Shown here: positions 19,569-28,181 of the stretch, one piece after another | Position numbering within the stretch: position 1 is the stretch's first letter | How the letters are laid out: each line of letters begins with the position of its first letter | Origin: an uncultured Clostridia bacterium | Lineage (GTDB): Bacteria > Bacillota > Clostridia > Lachnospirales > Cellulosilyticaceae | Direction of reading: 5' to 3' | Length of the DNA: 64,000 nucleotides | Assembly: GCA_937921505.1 (NCBI GenBank) | Contig: CAKZUB010000010.1 | Location: 25,633-89,632 of the forward strand | Program-made: the position numbers and the translations under genes | Notes under the pieces: generated by a model | Database searches by the model: none | Seen by the model: only the letters and a program-made list of their open reading frames with translations | What the model was told of the DNA's origin: nothing

Positions 19569-19763
19569 GTTAAGATATAGGAGTGCACTACGAGTCAAGA
19601 GAGCTTTAATTGGAGATTTCAAGAACATAATTCAAAGTAAGCTGGTTTACAATATGATGACAAACGGGAAAAGACATGAAACAAAATAATTGGATGGAAT
19701 TTAAAAAAGAATTAGCAAGTGGGTACAACACTCAAAGAGTATGTTTCAGAAGCTACATATAAA

Positions 19764-20172
19764 AATGTAAAAATACTATAATAGAAAGATTAAAAGCTTC
19801 TAGATAGAGGATAATATTTTTCTAGAAACAAGGAGGGAAATATGGATGCAAAAGCATACTGTTTATCACTGCCAAGGGCAGTATTAGATTATCCATTTGG
19901 AGATACTCCAATGGTCGTAAAGGTTAATAAAAAGATGTTTGCTCTCATAAATGATGAGGGGGACGTTTCTCTAAAATGCGAGCCACTTCAAGCCTTAGCG
20001 TATAGAGATATGTTTAAAGCAGTATCCCCAGGCTATCACCTTAATAAAGAGCACTGGAATACGGTTAAACCTAACTTAGATGTAGATGAAGAACTGCTTA
20101 AGAGGATGATCAGAGAATCCTATAGAGCAGTAGTGAATACCTTTCCTAAAAAAGATAGAGATTATTATCTAA
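19764..20172 (+). repeat. Direct repeat copy 1 (about 410 bp: mmcQ/yjbR gene plus leader)
   Basis: Aligns with 22963-23370. Confidence 0.95.
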
Positions 20173-20192
20173 GTAAAAAAGATATCTTTTAG
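19842..20192 (+). CDS. MmcQ/YjbR-family DNA-binding protein, copy 1
   Basis: DYPFG, KMFAL, SLKCEP, PGYHLNKEHWNTV. Confidence 0.9.
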   Translation: MDAKAYCLSLPRAVLDYPFGDTPMVVKVNKKMFALINDEGDVSLKCEPLQALAYRDMFKAVSPGYHLNKEHWNTVKPNLDVDEELLKRMIRESYRAVVNTFPKKDRDYYLSKKDIF

Positions 20193-20275
20193 GTAACAGC
20201 TCATATATTTAAAAGATCAAATAGTGAGGGGGATTGAAAAGTAGGGCTACAAGGAGTAAGATAGACCTTAGATAC

Positions 20276-20311
20276 TAAGAAACATAAGAAACATAAGAAA
20301 AGGATAAGAAA
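20276..20311 (+). repeat. 9-bp tandem repeat (TAAGAAACA) before the LacI gene
   Basis: TAAGAAACA TAAGAAACA TAAGAAAAG GATAAGAAA. Confidence 0.7.
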
Positions 20312-21343
20312 ATGGGAGTAACAATTAAACAAATAGCAGAAATTGCAGGTGTATCTAGGGGAACAGTTGACAGAGTATTAAATAACAGAGGCAGTGTTAA
20401 TAGTGAAGTCGAAAGAAGAGTTAGAGCGATAGCCGATAAGCTCGATTATAGGCCCAACAAGGCCGGAAAGGCATTGGTAGCTAGGAAAAACCCCATGAAA
20501 ATAGGGGTGATTATGCCTTCGCCTAAGTGTACAGATTATTTTGAAGAAGTGCTCCTAGGTGTTCAGCTTGCACACGAAGAATTTAAAGATTTTGGCATAG
20601 AAATTATAATAAAATTCACTAAAGGATTTGATTTAGAGAGTGAATTAAAGTATCTGGAAGAACTTTATAATGAGGATAAAGTTAGTGCCATTGCACTCAC
20701 AGCTGTAAATGATATTAAAATAGCAGAAAAAATTACGTGCCTAGTTGAACAAAACGTACCTGTTATTACCTTTAACTCTGATGTTGATTATTCTAAGAGA
20801 TTGTGTTTTGTGGGGAATGATTATATTAAAGCTGGAAGAACGGCTGGAGAACTTATGGGGGTATTAATAGGAGGAGAAGGAAAGATTGCTATTGTTGGAG
20901 GCGTATACAGTACCAAAAGTCATAAGCATAGAGTAAAGGGTTTTTTAGAAGTAGTGGAAGAGTTTTATCCAAATATGCAAATAATGCACATAAGAGAAAC
21001 ATTTGATGATGACATTATGGCCTATACTTATACTAAAGAATTGTTCGAAAAAGATAATGAATTAACAGCTTTATACTTGGTGTCAGCAGGGGTGTATGGA
21101 GCTTGTAGGGCTTTAAAAGAACTAGGTTTAGATAGAAAAGTAAAGGTGATTTGTTTTGATGATACGCCAAGCATTCGAGAGCTTCTTTTAGATAGAACAA
21201 TAGCTTTTGCAATTTGTCAGGAGCCTCTCAAACAAGGATATGAGCCTATAAAAGTACTAGTAGATATTTTATTAAATGATACCTATCCACAATCTGAGTA
21301 TAACCATACACAAATAATAATAAAAAATAGAGAATCCATATAA
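20312..21343 (+). CDS. LacI-family transcriptional regulator
   Basis: TIKQIAEIAGVSRGTVDRVLN HTH plus sugar-binding domain. Confidence 0.93.
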   Translation: MGVTIKQIAEIAGVSRGTVDRVLNNRGSVNSEVERRVRAIADKLDYRPNKAGKALVARKNPMKIGVIMPSPKCTDYFEEVLLGVQLAHEEFKDFGIEIIIKFTKGFDLESELKYLEELYNEDKVSAIALTAVNDIKIAEKITCLVEQNVPVITFNSDVDYSKRLCFVGNDYIKAGRTAGELMGVLIGGEGKIAIVGGVYSTKSHKHRVKGFLEVVEEFYPNMQIMHIRETFDDDIMAYTYTKELFEKDNELTALYLVSAGVYGACRALKELGLDRKVKVICFDDTPSIRELLLDRTIAFAICQEPLKQGYEPIKVLVDILLNDTYPQSEYNHTQIIIKNRESI

Positions 21344-21349
21344 AACAAT

Positions 21350-21397
21350 AAAAACTACAAAAAGACGATCTGTATAGATTGTCTTTTTGTAGTTTTT
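21350..21397 (+). terminator. Intrinsic terminator
   Basis: AAAACTACAAAAAGAC / GTCTTTTTGTAGTTTT. Confidence 0.8.
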
Positions 21398-21564
21398 GTG
21401 CCCGGGAACAAATGGCGTATTTGAATATAATCAGACTTTAATTATTAAATATATGTTTGTATTTCACAAATAAAAATCACAAAAGCAATGGTATTTTACA
21501 ATAAATTATTGACTTTGCTTGAAGAATGCATTATTATAATTTCAAGAAGTGTGTTCGAGCACAC
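21396..21564 (+). promoter_or_regulatory. SigA promoter flanked by two candidate LacI operators
   Basis: TTGACT(21509)-17-TATTAT; palindromes TTGTGCCCGGGAACAA (21396-21411) and GTGTGTTCGAGCACAC (21549-21564). Confidence 0.6.
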
Positions 21565-21584
21565 AAAAAGAAGGAGGGGTTAAA

Positions 21585-22853
21585 ATGACACCAAGAGAGA
21601 GACTGCAATTAACACTTGAGCATAAAGATCCAGGTAAGGTTGTTGTTGATATGGGGGCTACAGCGATTACAGGTATTTCGGCAAAGGCACTTTCGAATTT
21701 AAGAAAAGAATTGAATTTACCTAAAGAGTTAGTTAAAATTCATGAACCTTTTCAAATGCTAGGCAGTGTAGATGAAGATATAAGGCGAGCATTAGATATC
21801 GATATAGTAGGAGTTGGTGGCCCATATAATGTTTTTGGTTTTAAGAATGAAGGGTGGAAGCCTTGGACAATGTCCGATGGTACCGAGGTTTTAGTAGGTG
21901 AAAAATTTTATACAAGTTCAGATGAATTTGGCAATACATATCTTTATCCAAAGGGAAATACAGCCGTTCCCCCATCTGGAAAAATGCCTAAAGGTGGATT
22001 TTATTTTGATAATATAGTAAGACAAGATGAAATCGATGAAGATGTAATGAATGCCAGAGAAGATTATAAAGAAGACTTTAAAATATTTTCTCAAGAAGAA
22101 CTTCGGTATTTTGAAGAAACTACAAATTATTATTATGAGAATACTGACTATGGCATATTTGGACATGGCGCTTTTATGTCACTTGGAGATTTTTGTCCAC
22201 TACCAGGACCGGGACTTGAGAAAACAAAGGGGATTAGAAAGCCAGAAGACTGGATTGTAGCACATTATCAATATCCAGAGTATGTAAAAGAAACTTATGC
22301 ATTTCAAATGGAGATTGCATTAAAAAATCTAGAACTTTACAAACAAGCGGTAGGGGATAAGGTACAAGCAATTGTTATAAGCGGGACAGATTTTGGTACT
22401 CAGCGCTCTGAACTTATGTCCAGAGACTTTTTTAGAGAGTTTTATAAACCTTATTTTAAAGTAGTTAATGATTGGGTTCATCAAAATACAAAGTGGAAGA
22501 CCTTTTATCATAGTTGTGGTTCTATTGTTAACTTGTTAGATGAATTCGTAGAAGCTGGTTGTGACATTTTAAACCCGGTTCAATGTTCTGCTGAAGGCAT
22601 GGACCCTAAAATGCTTAAGGATAAATATGGAGATAAGTTAGTTTTTTGGGGAGGGGGAATAGACACACAAAATGTTATGCAGTTTGGTACACCTGATGAA
22701 GTTTATAAAGAGGTAAGAGAAAGGCTTGGGATTTTTGCACCTGGTGGAGGATTTGTATTTAATACAGTTCATAATATTCAATGGGCTACACCAACCCAGA
22801 ACATTGTTGCTATGTTTAAGGCTATCAAAGACTACAACAATACAGTAAAGTAA
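21585..22853 (+). CDS. Uroporphyrinogen decarboxylase (UroD/MtaA-like) family protein
   Basis: MTPRER start, TDFGTQ, FYHSCG, DILNPVQ, FWGGGIDTQ, GGFVFNTVHNIQ. Confidence 0.87.
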   Translation: MTPRERLQLTLEHKDPGKVVVDMGATAITGISAKALSNLRKELNLPKELVKIHEPFQMLGSVDEDIRRALDIDIVGVGGPYNVFGFKNEGWKPWTMSDGTEVLVGEKFYTSSDEFGNTYLYPKGNTAVPPSGKMPKGGFYFDNIVRQDEIDEDVMNAREDYKEDFKIFSQEELRYFEETTNYYYENTDYGIFGHGAFMSLGDFCPLPGPGLEKTKGIRKPEDWIVAHYQYPEYVKETYAFQMEIALKNLELYKQAVGDKVQAIVISGTDFGTQRSELMSRDFFREFYKPYFKVVNDWVHQNTKWKTFYHSCGSIVNLLDEFVEAGCDILNPVQCSAEGMDPKMLKDKYGDKLVFWGGGIDTQNVMQFGTPDEVYKEVRERLGIFAPGGGFVFNTVHNIQWATPTQNIVAMFKAIKDYNNTVK

Positions 22854-22866
22854 AGATTTATTTGTG

Positions 22867-22909
22867 AGGCTTATGGCATTTCTAAAATGAAATGACTATA
22901 AGCCTTTTT
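22867..22909 (+). terminator. Intrinsic terminator
   Basis: AGGCTTAT..CATTT / AAATG..ATAAGCCT plus T-run. Confidence 0.65.
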
Positions 22910-22962
22910 CACTGTTAAACATTTCGAACGCATAAGTTGATCAGATTAAAAGTAAGAGTTAT

Positions 22963-23370
22963 AATGTAGAAATACTAAAATAGAAAGATTAAAAGCTTCT
23001 GGATAGATGATATTATTTTTCTAGAAACATGGAGGAGATATGGATACAAAAGCATACTGTTTATCACTGCCAAGGGCAGTATTAGATTATCCCTTTGGAG
23101 ATACTCCAATGGTCATAAAGGTTAATAAAAAGATGTTTGCACTCATAAATGATGAGGGAGACGTTTCTCTAAAATGCGAGCCGCTACAAGCTTTGGCTTA
23201 TAGGGATATGTTTAAAGCAGTATCCCCAGGCTATCACCTTAATAAAGAGCACTGGAATACGGTTAAACCTAACTTAGATGTAGATGAAGAACTGCTTAAG
23301 GGGATGATCAGAGAATCCTATAGAGCGGTAGTGAATACCTTTCCTAAAAAAGACAGAGATTATTATTTAA
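22963..23370 (+). repeat. Direct repeat copy 2 (mmcQ/yjbR gene plus leader)
   Basis: Aligns with 19764-20172. Confidence 0.95.
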
Positions 23371-23381
23371 ATCAACTATAG
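23040..23381 (+). CDS. MmcQ/YjbR-family DNA-binding protein, copy 2
   Basis: Same motifs as copy 1; 3 aa substitutions and a different C-terminal tail. Confidence 0.9.
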   Translation: MDTKAYCLSLPRAVLDYPFGDTPMVIKVNKKMFALINDEGDVSLKCEPLQALAYRDMFKAVSPGYHLNKEHWNTVKPNLDVDEELLKGMIRESYRAVVNTFPKKDRDYYLNQL

Positions 23382-23536
23382 TGGTAGGTTGTAATTAAAA
23401 AAATTAATGTGGAATATTGACATTGGTTTATTGAGAATTTTGCAATATATGTATAGAATAATTGACTAATGAATATAATAATAGTAATATTAAGACATGA
23501 TTTTGCAATTAGATGGCAAAATGGGGAGGAAATAAT

Positions 23537-24883
23537 ATGTTATTAGAATTTTCGGTTAGTAATTATAAATCATTTGTTGAGGAAGTAGTTTTTAAAATGA
23601 CTCCAACAGCTAAAATACATGACTTAGAATATAGTCTTTTAAAATCTCAAGTAGGCAAAAAAAGTATAGATGCCTTATCATCAGCAATAATATATGGACC
23701 CAACGCATCAGGGAAAACAAATTTAATTGGGGCAATGGAGGTATTTAAAAGTATTGTAATGAGAGGTCACATAAGAAATGTTGAAAGTAATGATGGGGTA
23801 CCAAACATTGCCAAAAATCAATTGGAGTTAATTCCTAATATTAAAAGTGATAAGGATATACCTGTTAAATTTAGAATTAAATTTATTAAAGATAATGAAG
23901 TCATTGAATATTTCTTAGGAATAAACCTTGGAAAATTTTTAGATATAAAGGCTGAGCGCAAAATATATAATGAAAAACTAGTTATAAGTGGAAAAATGAT
24001 TTTTGACAGAAATACTCTTTTAGAAATAGGAGAAGTAAAGAGCATTTCAAAATATCTTGTTAAGGAATTTAATTCTAAAGCTAGTGAGACGTTATCAAAA
24101 AGTAATTTAAATAAACAAGAGTTATTTTTAACTTCTATGTTCAAAGCTGTTTATAGTAACACTTTAGCGAACTCTATTATTGAGTGGTTTGAAAAAGATC
24201 TTGTGATTATTTATAGTTCTGATAAATTGCATACAAAACCTATTTTTGGTGAAAGTAAAAAAAATAAAAATATTTATATAAGTGATTCATTAAATAGTGC
24301 GATGAAGGAATTTGGACTTACGGGTAATAAATTAGTATATTCTCAAGAAGACGGTAAAGAACCGGAGCCACTATCTATATTAGAAATAGAAAATGGTAAA
24401 AATATAGGGATATCATCAGATATATTTGAATCTTTTGGTTCCATACGTTTTATGAACATTTTTCCATTGATTTTTTCGGCACTAAGAAAAGGACAGACGG
24501 TTATCATAGATGAATTTGATGCATCTATACATCCCATGGCGTTAATGAGTCTTGTTAATGTATTTCATAATGATGAGATAAATAAGGAAAATGCTCAACT
24601 GGTATTTAACACACATAATCCAATATTTTTGAATAGAAACTTATTTAGAAGAGATGAAATTAAATTTGTAGAAAGAGATGAAGATACATCAGAGAGCAGA
24701 CATTATTCATTGGCGGATTTTGGAACAAGCGGACCTAGTGGAGTAAGAAATACAGCTGATTATATGAAAAACTATTTTATAAGTCAATATGGTGCAATAC
24801 GAAATATTGATTTCTCAGATGTTTTTATGAAGGCTTTAGAAAAGGCAAGTGAGGAGATAACCAATGAAGATGAAACAGAGTAG
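23537..24883 (+). CDS. AAA_21-type ATPase (RloA/AbiLi-like)
   Basis: MLLEFSVSNYKSF, Walker A YGPNASGKTN, ESFGS signature, Walker B IIDEFDASIHP, FNTHN, FRRDEIKFVE. Confidence 0.88.
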   Translation: MLLEFSVSNYKSFVEEVVFKMTPTAKIHDLEYSLLKSQVGKKSIDALSSAIIYGPNASGKTNLIGAMEVFKSIVMRGHIRNVESNDGVPNIAKNQLELIPNIKSDKDIPVKFRIKFIKDNEVIEYFLGINLGKFLDIKAERKIYNEKLVISGKMIFDRNTLLEIGEVKSISKYLVKEFNSKASETLSKSNLNKQELFLTSMFKAVYSNTLANSIIEWFEKDLVIIYSSDKLHTKPIFGESKKNKNIYISDSLNSAMKEFGLTGNKLVYSQEDGKEPEPLSILEIENGKNIGISSDIFESFGSIRFMNIFPLIFSALRKGQTVIIDEFDASIHPMALMSLVNVFHNDEINKENAQLVFNTHNPIFLNRNLFRRDEIKFVERDEDTSESRHYSLADFGTSGPSGVRNTADYMKNYFISQYGAIRNIDFSDVFMKALEKASEEITNEDETE

Positions 24884-25526
24884 GGAATACTTTATTTCTA
24901 CTGAAGGAGAAACGGAAGTATGGTATTTTGAGCATTTAAAAAAATTGATTAACGAATCAGAAGAGCCAATATTTAAACTTGAGGCAAAGCCAAAGGTAAA
25001 TATATCGCCTAAAAGCTTTACTAAGAATTTAAAAGTAACTTCTAAAGCGAAAGCTTTTCATATATGTGACTATGAAAGTAAGGCAGATCAGCATATTATT
25101 AAATTTGAAAATGTACTAAAAGAATTGAAAGAAGCCAAGGGATTTAAAAGTGGACTATCATACGCTTTGGGATACAGCAACTATACTTTTGAATTGTGGA
25201 TGATACTGCATAAAAAACAACTGATAGGTCCTGTTTCTGATAGAAAAGATTACTTGCCTCATATAAATGCTGCATATAATGAGAACTTCAAACACTTGCA
25301 CACTTATAAAGAGGAGAAAAATTTTAAAAGAATACTATCGAAGATTGAGTTAAATGACGTTAAAATGGCAATTCGAAATGCAAATAAAATAAGAGAAATG
25401 CATTCTGAAAACGGTAAAAGTATGACAGAGTATTCAGGTTTTCGGTACTATAGAGACAACCCTGATTTAACAATAGATGAGTGCGTAAAGCGAATATTTA
25501 AAGAGTTTAAAATAAGTTTAACCTAA
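24864..25526 (+). CDS. RloB/AbiLii-family TOPRIM-like protein
   Basis: EGETEVWYF, CDYE, SNYTFELWMILH; overlaps the ATPase gene end. Confidence 0.85.
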   Translation: MKMKQSREYFISTEGETEVWYFEHLKKLINESEEPIFKLEAKPKVNISPKSFTKNLKVTSKAKAFHICDYESKADQHIIKFENVLKELKEAKGFKSGLSYALGYSNYTFELWMILHKKQLIGPVSDRKDYLPHINAAYNENFKHLHTYKEEKNFKRILSKIELNDVKMAIRNANKIREMHSENGKSMTEYSGFRYYRDNPDLTIDECVKRIFKEFKISLT

Positions 25527-25528
25527 AT

Positions 25529-25565
25529 AAAAAAGTCTACGCAGTGTCAATGTGTAGGCTTTTTT
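25529..25565 (+). terminator. Intrinsic terminator
   Basis: AAAAAGTCTACGCA / TGTGTAGGCTTTTT. Confidence 0.75.
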
Positions 25566-25610
25566 ATTTAATGTAAAAGTAGTTTTACTTTATTTTTTAA
25601 AAAACACCTA

Positions 25611-25641
25611 TTGACTTTAACCTTAGGGAAAGGTATACGCT
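25611..25641 (+). promoter_or_regulatory. MerR-type promoter (19-bp spacer) of the ABC exporter
   Basis: TTGACT-19 bp-TACGCT with dyad ACCTT..AAGGT in the spacer. Confidence 0.75.
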
Positions 25642-25683
25642 TATTTTGTTAGAAAATGAGAGTTCAAAAAGGAGATGCGATAG

Positions 25684-26424
25684 GTGAGAGAAAATGCAGA
25701 TGGCAATGAGATAGTACTAAAAGCTGAAGGTATAAGGAAGGTGTATGGAGACTTGGTCGCTGTTGATAACCTGAGTCTAGAAGTTAAGAAAGGAGAGATT
25801 TTTGGACTGCTTGGACATAATGGAGCTGGGAAATCTACAACGATTGAATGTATACTTGGGACAAAAAAAATGAATGCTGGCAAGGTAAGCTTGCTGCATA
25901 TGAATCCACATAAAGATAGAAAAAAACTATTCGAGAAGGTAGGTGTTCAATTTCAGCAATCCTACTACCAAGATAAGATTAAAGTAAAGGAAATCTGTGA
26001 GGTGACGGCTTCACTTTATAGCAAGTCGCTAGATTATAAAGCGTTATTGCAAGAGTTTAATATTCTGGATAAACAAAGCAATTTTGTCAATGAGCTATCC
26101 GGGGGTGAAAGACAAAAGCTATCCATACTTTTAGCTATCTTACCAAACCCAGAGATTATTTTCTTAGATGAGCTTACGACAGGACTTGACCCTAAGGCTA
26201 GAAGAGATATGTGGCACTACATAGAGTCACTAAGAGCTAAAGGAATGACGATCTTTCTTACGTCACACTATATGGATGAAGTAGAATACCTATGCGATAG
26301 GATTTGTATTATAAAGAAAGGCAAAATCGTCATAGAAGGCACCCCAAAAAGTGTTATCCATGAAAGTCAAACTCAAAATCTCGAAGAAGCCTATCTTCTT
26401 TATACAGAAATGGAGGTTATATAA
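25684..26424 (+). CDS. ABC exporter ATP-binding protein (DrrA-like)
   Basis: GHNGAGKST, LSGGE, FLDELTTGLDP. Confidence 0.92.
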   Translation: MRENADGNEIVLKAEGIRKVYGDLVAVDNLSLEVKKGEIFGLLGHNGAGKSTTIECILGTKKMNAGKVSLLHMNPHKDRKKLFEKVGVQFQQSYYQDKIKVKEICEVTASLYSKSLDYKALLQEFNILDKQSNFVNELSGGERQKLSILLAILPNPEIIFLDELTTGLDPKARRDMWHYIESLRAKGMTIFLTSHYMDEVEYLCDRICIIKKGKIVIEGTPKSVIHESQTQNLEEAYLLYTEMEVI

Positions 26425-26426
26425 GG

Positions 26427-27170
26427 ATGAAATCATTAAAGGTATTATTTAAAACAGAGATGATACTTACCATTAGACAATTTGACTCAGTATTTTTTGG
26501 GGTATTTTTTCCTGTCGGGATTATCTTACTTATGGGGTTCATTTATGGCAGCAAACCTGCAAGTGCACAGGCTAATTATACAATGTTGCAGCTTTCTTTT
26601 GGAGGTGTTGTAGCAGTGGGGATGTGTGCAACAGGGCTTATGGGTATCCCCCTTACGTTAGCAGATTACAGACAAAAAAAGATTTTAAAACGCTTTAAAG
26701 TAACGCCGACGAGTCCTATAAAGCTACTCGTTGCACAAGGCCTCACGCAATTTTTGATAGCTATTATTTCAGCTGTTTTAGTATTTCTTGTAGCAAAATT
26801 TGCATTTAATTTTAGCATAGTAGGATCTGTAACTAAATTTATCCTAGCATACCTTTTAGTATTAGTATCACTTTATAGTATGGGGATGCTTCTTGGCAGC
26901 CTTGCACCTAATATGAAGGTAGCCAATACACTCTGTACATTGATCTATTTTCCTATGCTCTTTTTATCTGGGGCAACTATTCCTTATGAGATTATGCCAA
27001 GGGGGTTACAAATGGTTTCAGATGTTTTTCCTCTTACGCAAGGGATCAAACTCCTAAAGGGAATAGTGATTGGTATGCCAGAAGGCGATTTTATTTTTCA
27101 GTTTATTTTGATGATAAGTATAACGATACTTTGTCTCTTAATTTCTTTAAAATACTTCAAATGGGAATAA
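26427..27170 (+). CDS. ABC-2 exporter permease
   Basis: About 6 TMs, YRQKKILKRF, FLSGATIP, C-terminal FKWE. Confidence 0.9.
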   Translation: MKSLKVLFKTEMILTIRQFDSVFFGVFFPVGIILLMGFIYGSKPASAQANYTMLQLSFGGVVAVGMCATGLMGIPLTLADYRQKKILKRFKVTPTSPIKLLVAQGLTQFLIAIISAVLVFLVAKFAFNFSIVGSVTKFILAYLLVLVSLYSMGMLLGSLAPNMKVANTLCTLIYFPMLFLSGATIPYEIMPRGLQMVSDVFPLTQGIKLLKGIVIGMPEGDFIFQFILMISITILCLLISLKYFKWE

Positions 27171-27175
27171 AGAGG

Positions 27176-27206
27176 TTGACATTCCCCTTAGGTAAAAGTT
27201 TATACT
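27176..27206 (+). promoter_or_regulatory. Second MerR-type promoter (19-bp spacer), upstream of the regulator
   Basis: TTGACA-19 bp-TATACT; the spacer shares CCTTAGGnAAA with 25611-25641. Confidence 0.75.
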
Positions 27207-27248
27207 CAAGGTATATGCACTTTGAGTATAAAAAAGGAGATGACTGGT

Positions 27249-28067
27249 ATGTTTACTATAGGCATGTTTTCAAAAATTAATAGAATTACCACAAAGACAT
27301 TAAGACATTACGATGAAATAGGATTATTAAAACCAGAGCATGTAGATGCATTTACAAGCTATAGATACTATACAACGAGTCAGCTTACGCAGCTTCATAA
27401 AATTTTAACACTCAAACAAATGGGGTTATCGCTAAGCGATATCAAAGAAGTATTAGATAATCCTAAAGCAGTAGATTTATTTTTGAAGCTTAAAGAACAA
27501 GATGTTTTAAAAAATATAGAAGCGGAGAAGACAAAGCTATTGCAAATTCGCAGCTACCTAAGCTGTTTGCAAGGAGAACCTACGAAGATGTATACACCTA
27601 TTATTAAAGAGTTGCCAGAAGTGATTGTGGCTTCTATGAGACAAGTTGTAGAGAGTTATGAAGCATTTTTTCACTTACTGCCAAACGTTATGGCAAAAGA
27701 AATGAAGCGCGTAGACTGCGTATGTGCGGTGCCTGAGTATTGTTTTAATATTTATCATGACGGGGAATATAAAGAAAAAGATATAGATGTAGAGATGTGT
27801 GAAGCGGTAACCCAGATGAAAGAAGATACGGAAATTATAAAATTTAAGAAAATAAATAGAGTGCCTAATGCAGTTTGTGTGCTCCACATGGGGCCTTATG
27901 AGAGCCTGCGCGAAGCTTATGCATTTGTCTTTAACTGGATAAAGGACAATAACTATGAAGTGGTTGAGCACCCAAGAGAATCTTATATTGATGGTATATG
28001 GAATAAAGAAAGCGAAGAAGAATGGCTGACAGAGTTACAAGTTCCCGTCAAATTGAAAATAGACTAA
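27249..28067 (+). CDS. MerR-family regulator with GyrI-like effector domain
   Basis: FTIGMFSK..TLRHYDEIGLLKP..YRYY; C-terminal HMGPYESL...PRESYIDG...TELQVPV. Confidence 0.92.
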   Translation: MFTIGMFSKINRITTKTLRHYDEIGLLKPEHVDAFTSYRYYTTSQLTQLHKILTLKQMGLSLSDIKEVLDNPKAVDLFLKLKEQDVLKNIEAEKTKLLQIRSYLSCLQGEPTKMYTPIIKELPEVIVASMRQVVESYEAFFHLLPNVMAKEMKRVDCVCAVPEYCFNIYHDGEYKEKDIDVEMCEAVTQMKEDTEIIKFKKINRVPNAVCVLHMGPYESLREAYAFVFNWIKDNNYEVVEHPRESYIDGIWNKESEEEWLTELQVPVKLKID

Positions 28068-28091
28068 TAGACCGATAGACCGGTAGACCGA
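28060..28091 (+). repeat. 8-bp tandem repeat, 4 copies
   Basis: TAGACTAA TAGACCGA TAGACCGG TAGACCGA. Confidence 0.75.
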
Positions 28092-28181
28092 TGCTACAAT
28101 TACCCTCGTGATACGTACAAACATTATGAGGGTAATTTGCTGTCTTACAAATAAATAGATTAAGCAAAAGGGGTTAAGTAA

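Noticed and set aside
21585-22853. hemE assignment for the UroD-family genes (also 60690-61748)
   Set aside because: No RQAGR motif of true UroD; HSCG metal motif instead; no tetrapyrrole genes nearby
19764-23381. Composite transposon or prophage
   Set aside because: The flanking repeats encode MmcQ/YjbR proteins rather than transposases; no terminal inverted repeats, integrase or phage genes
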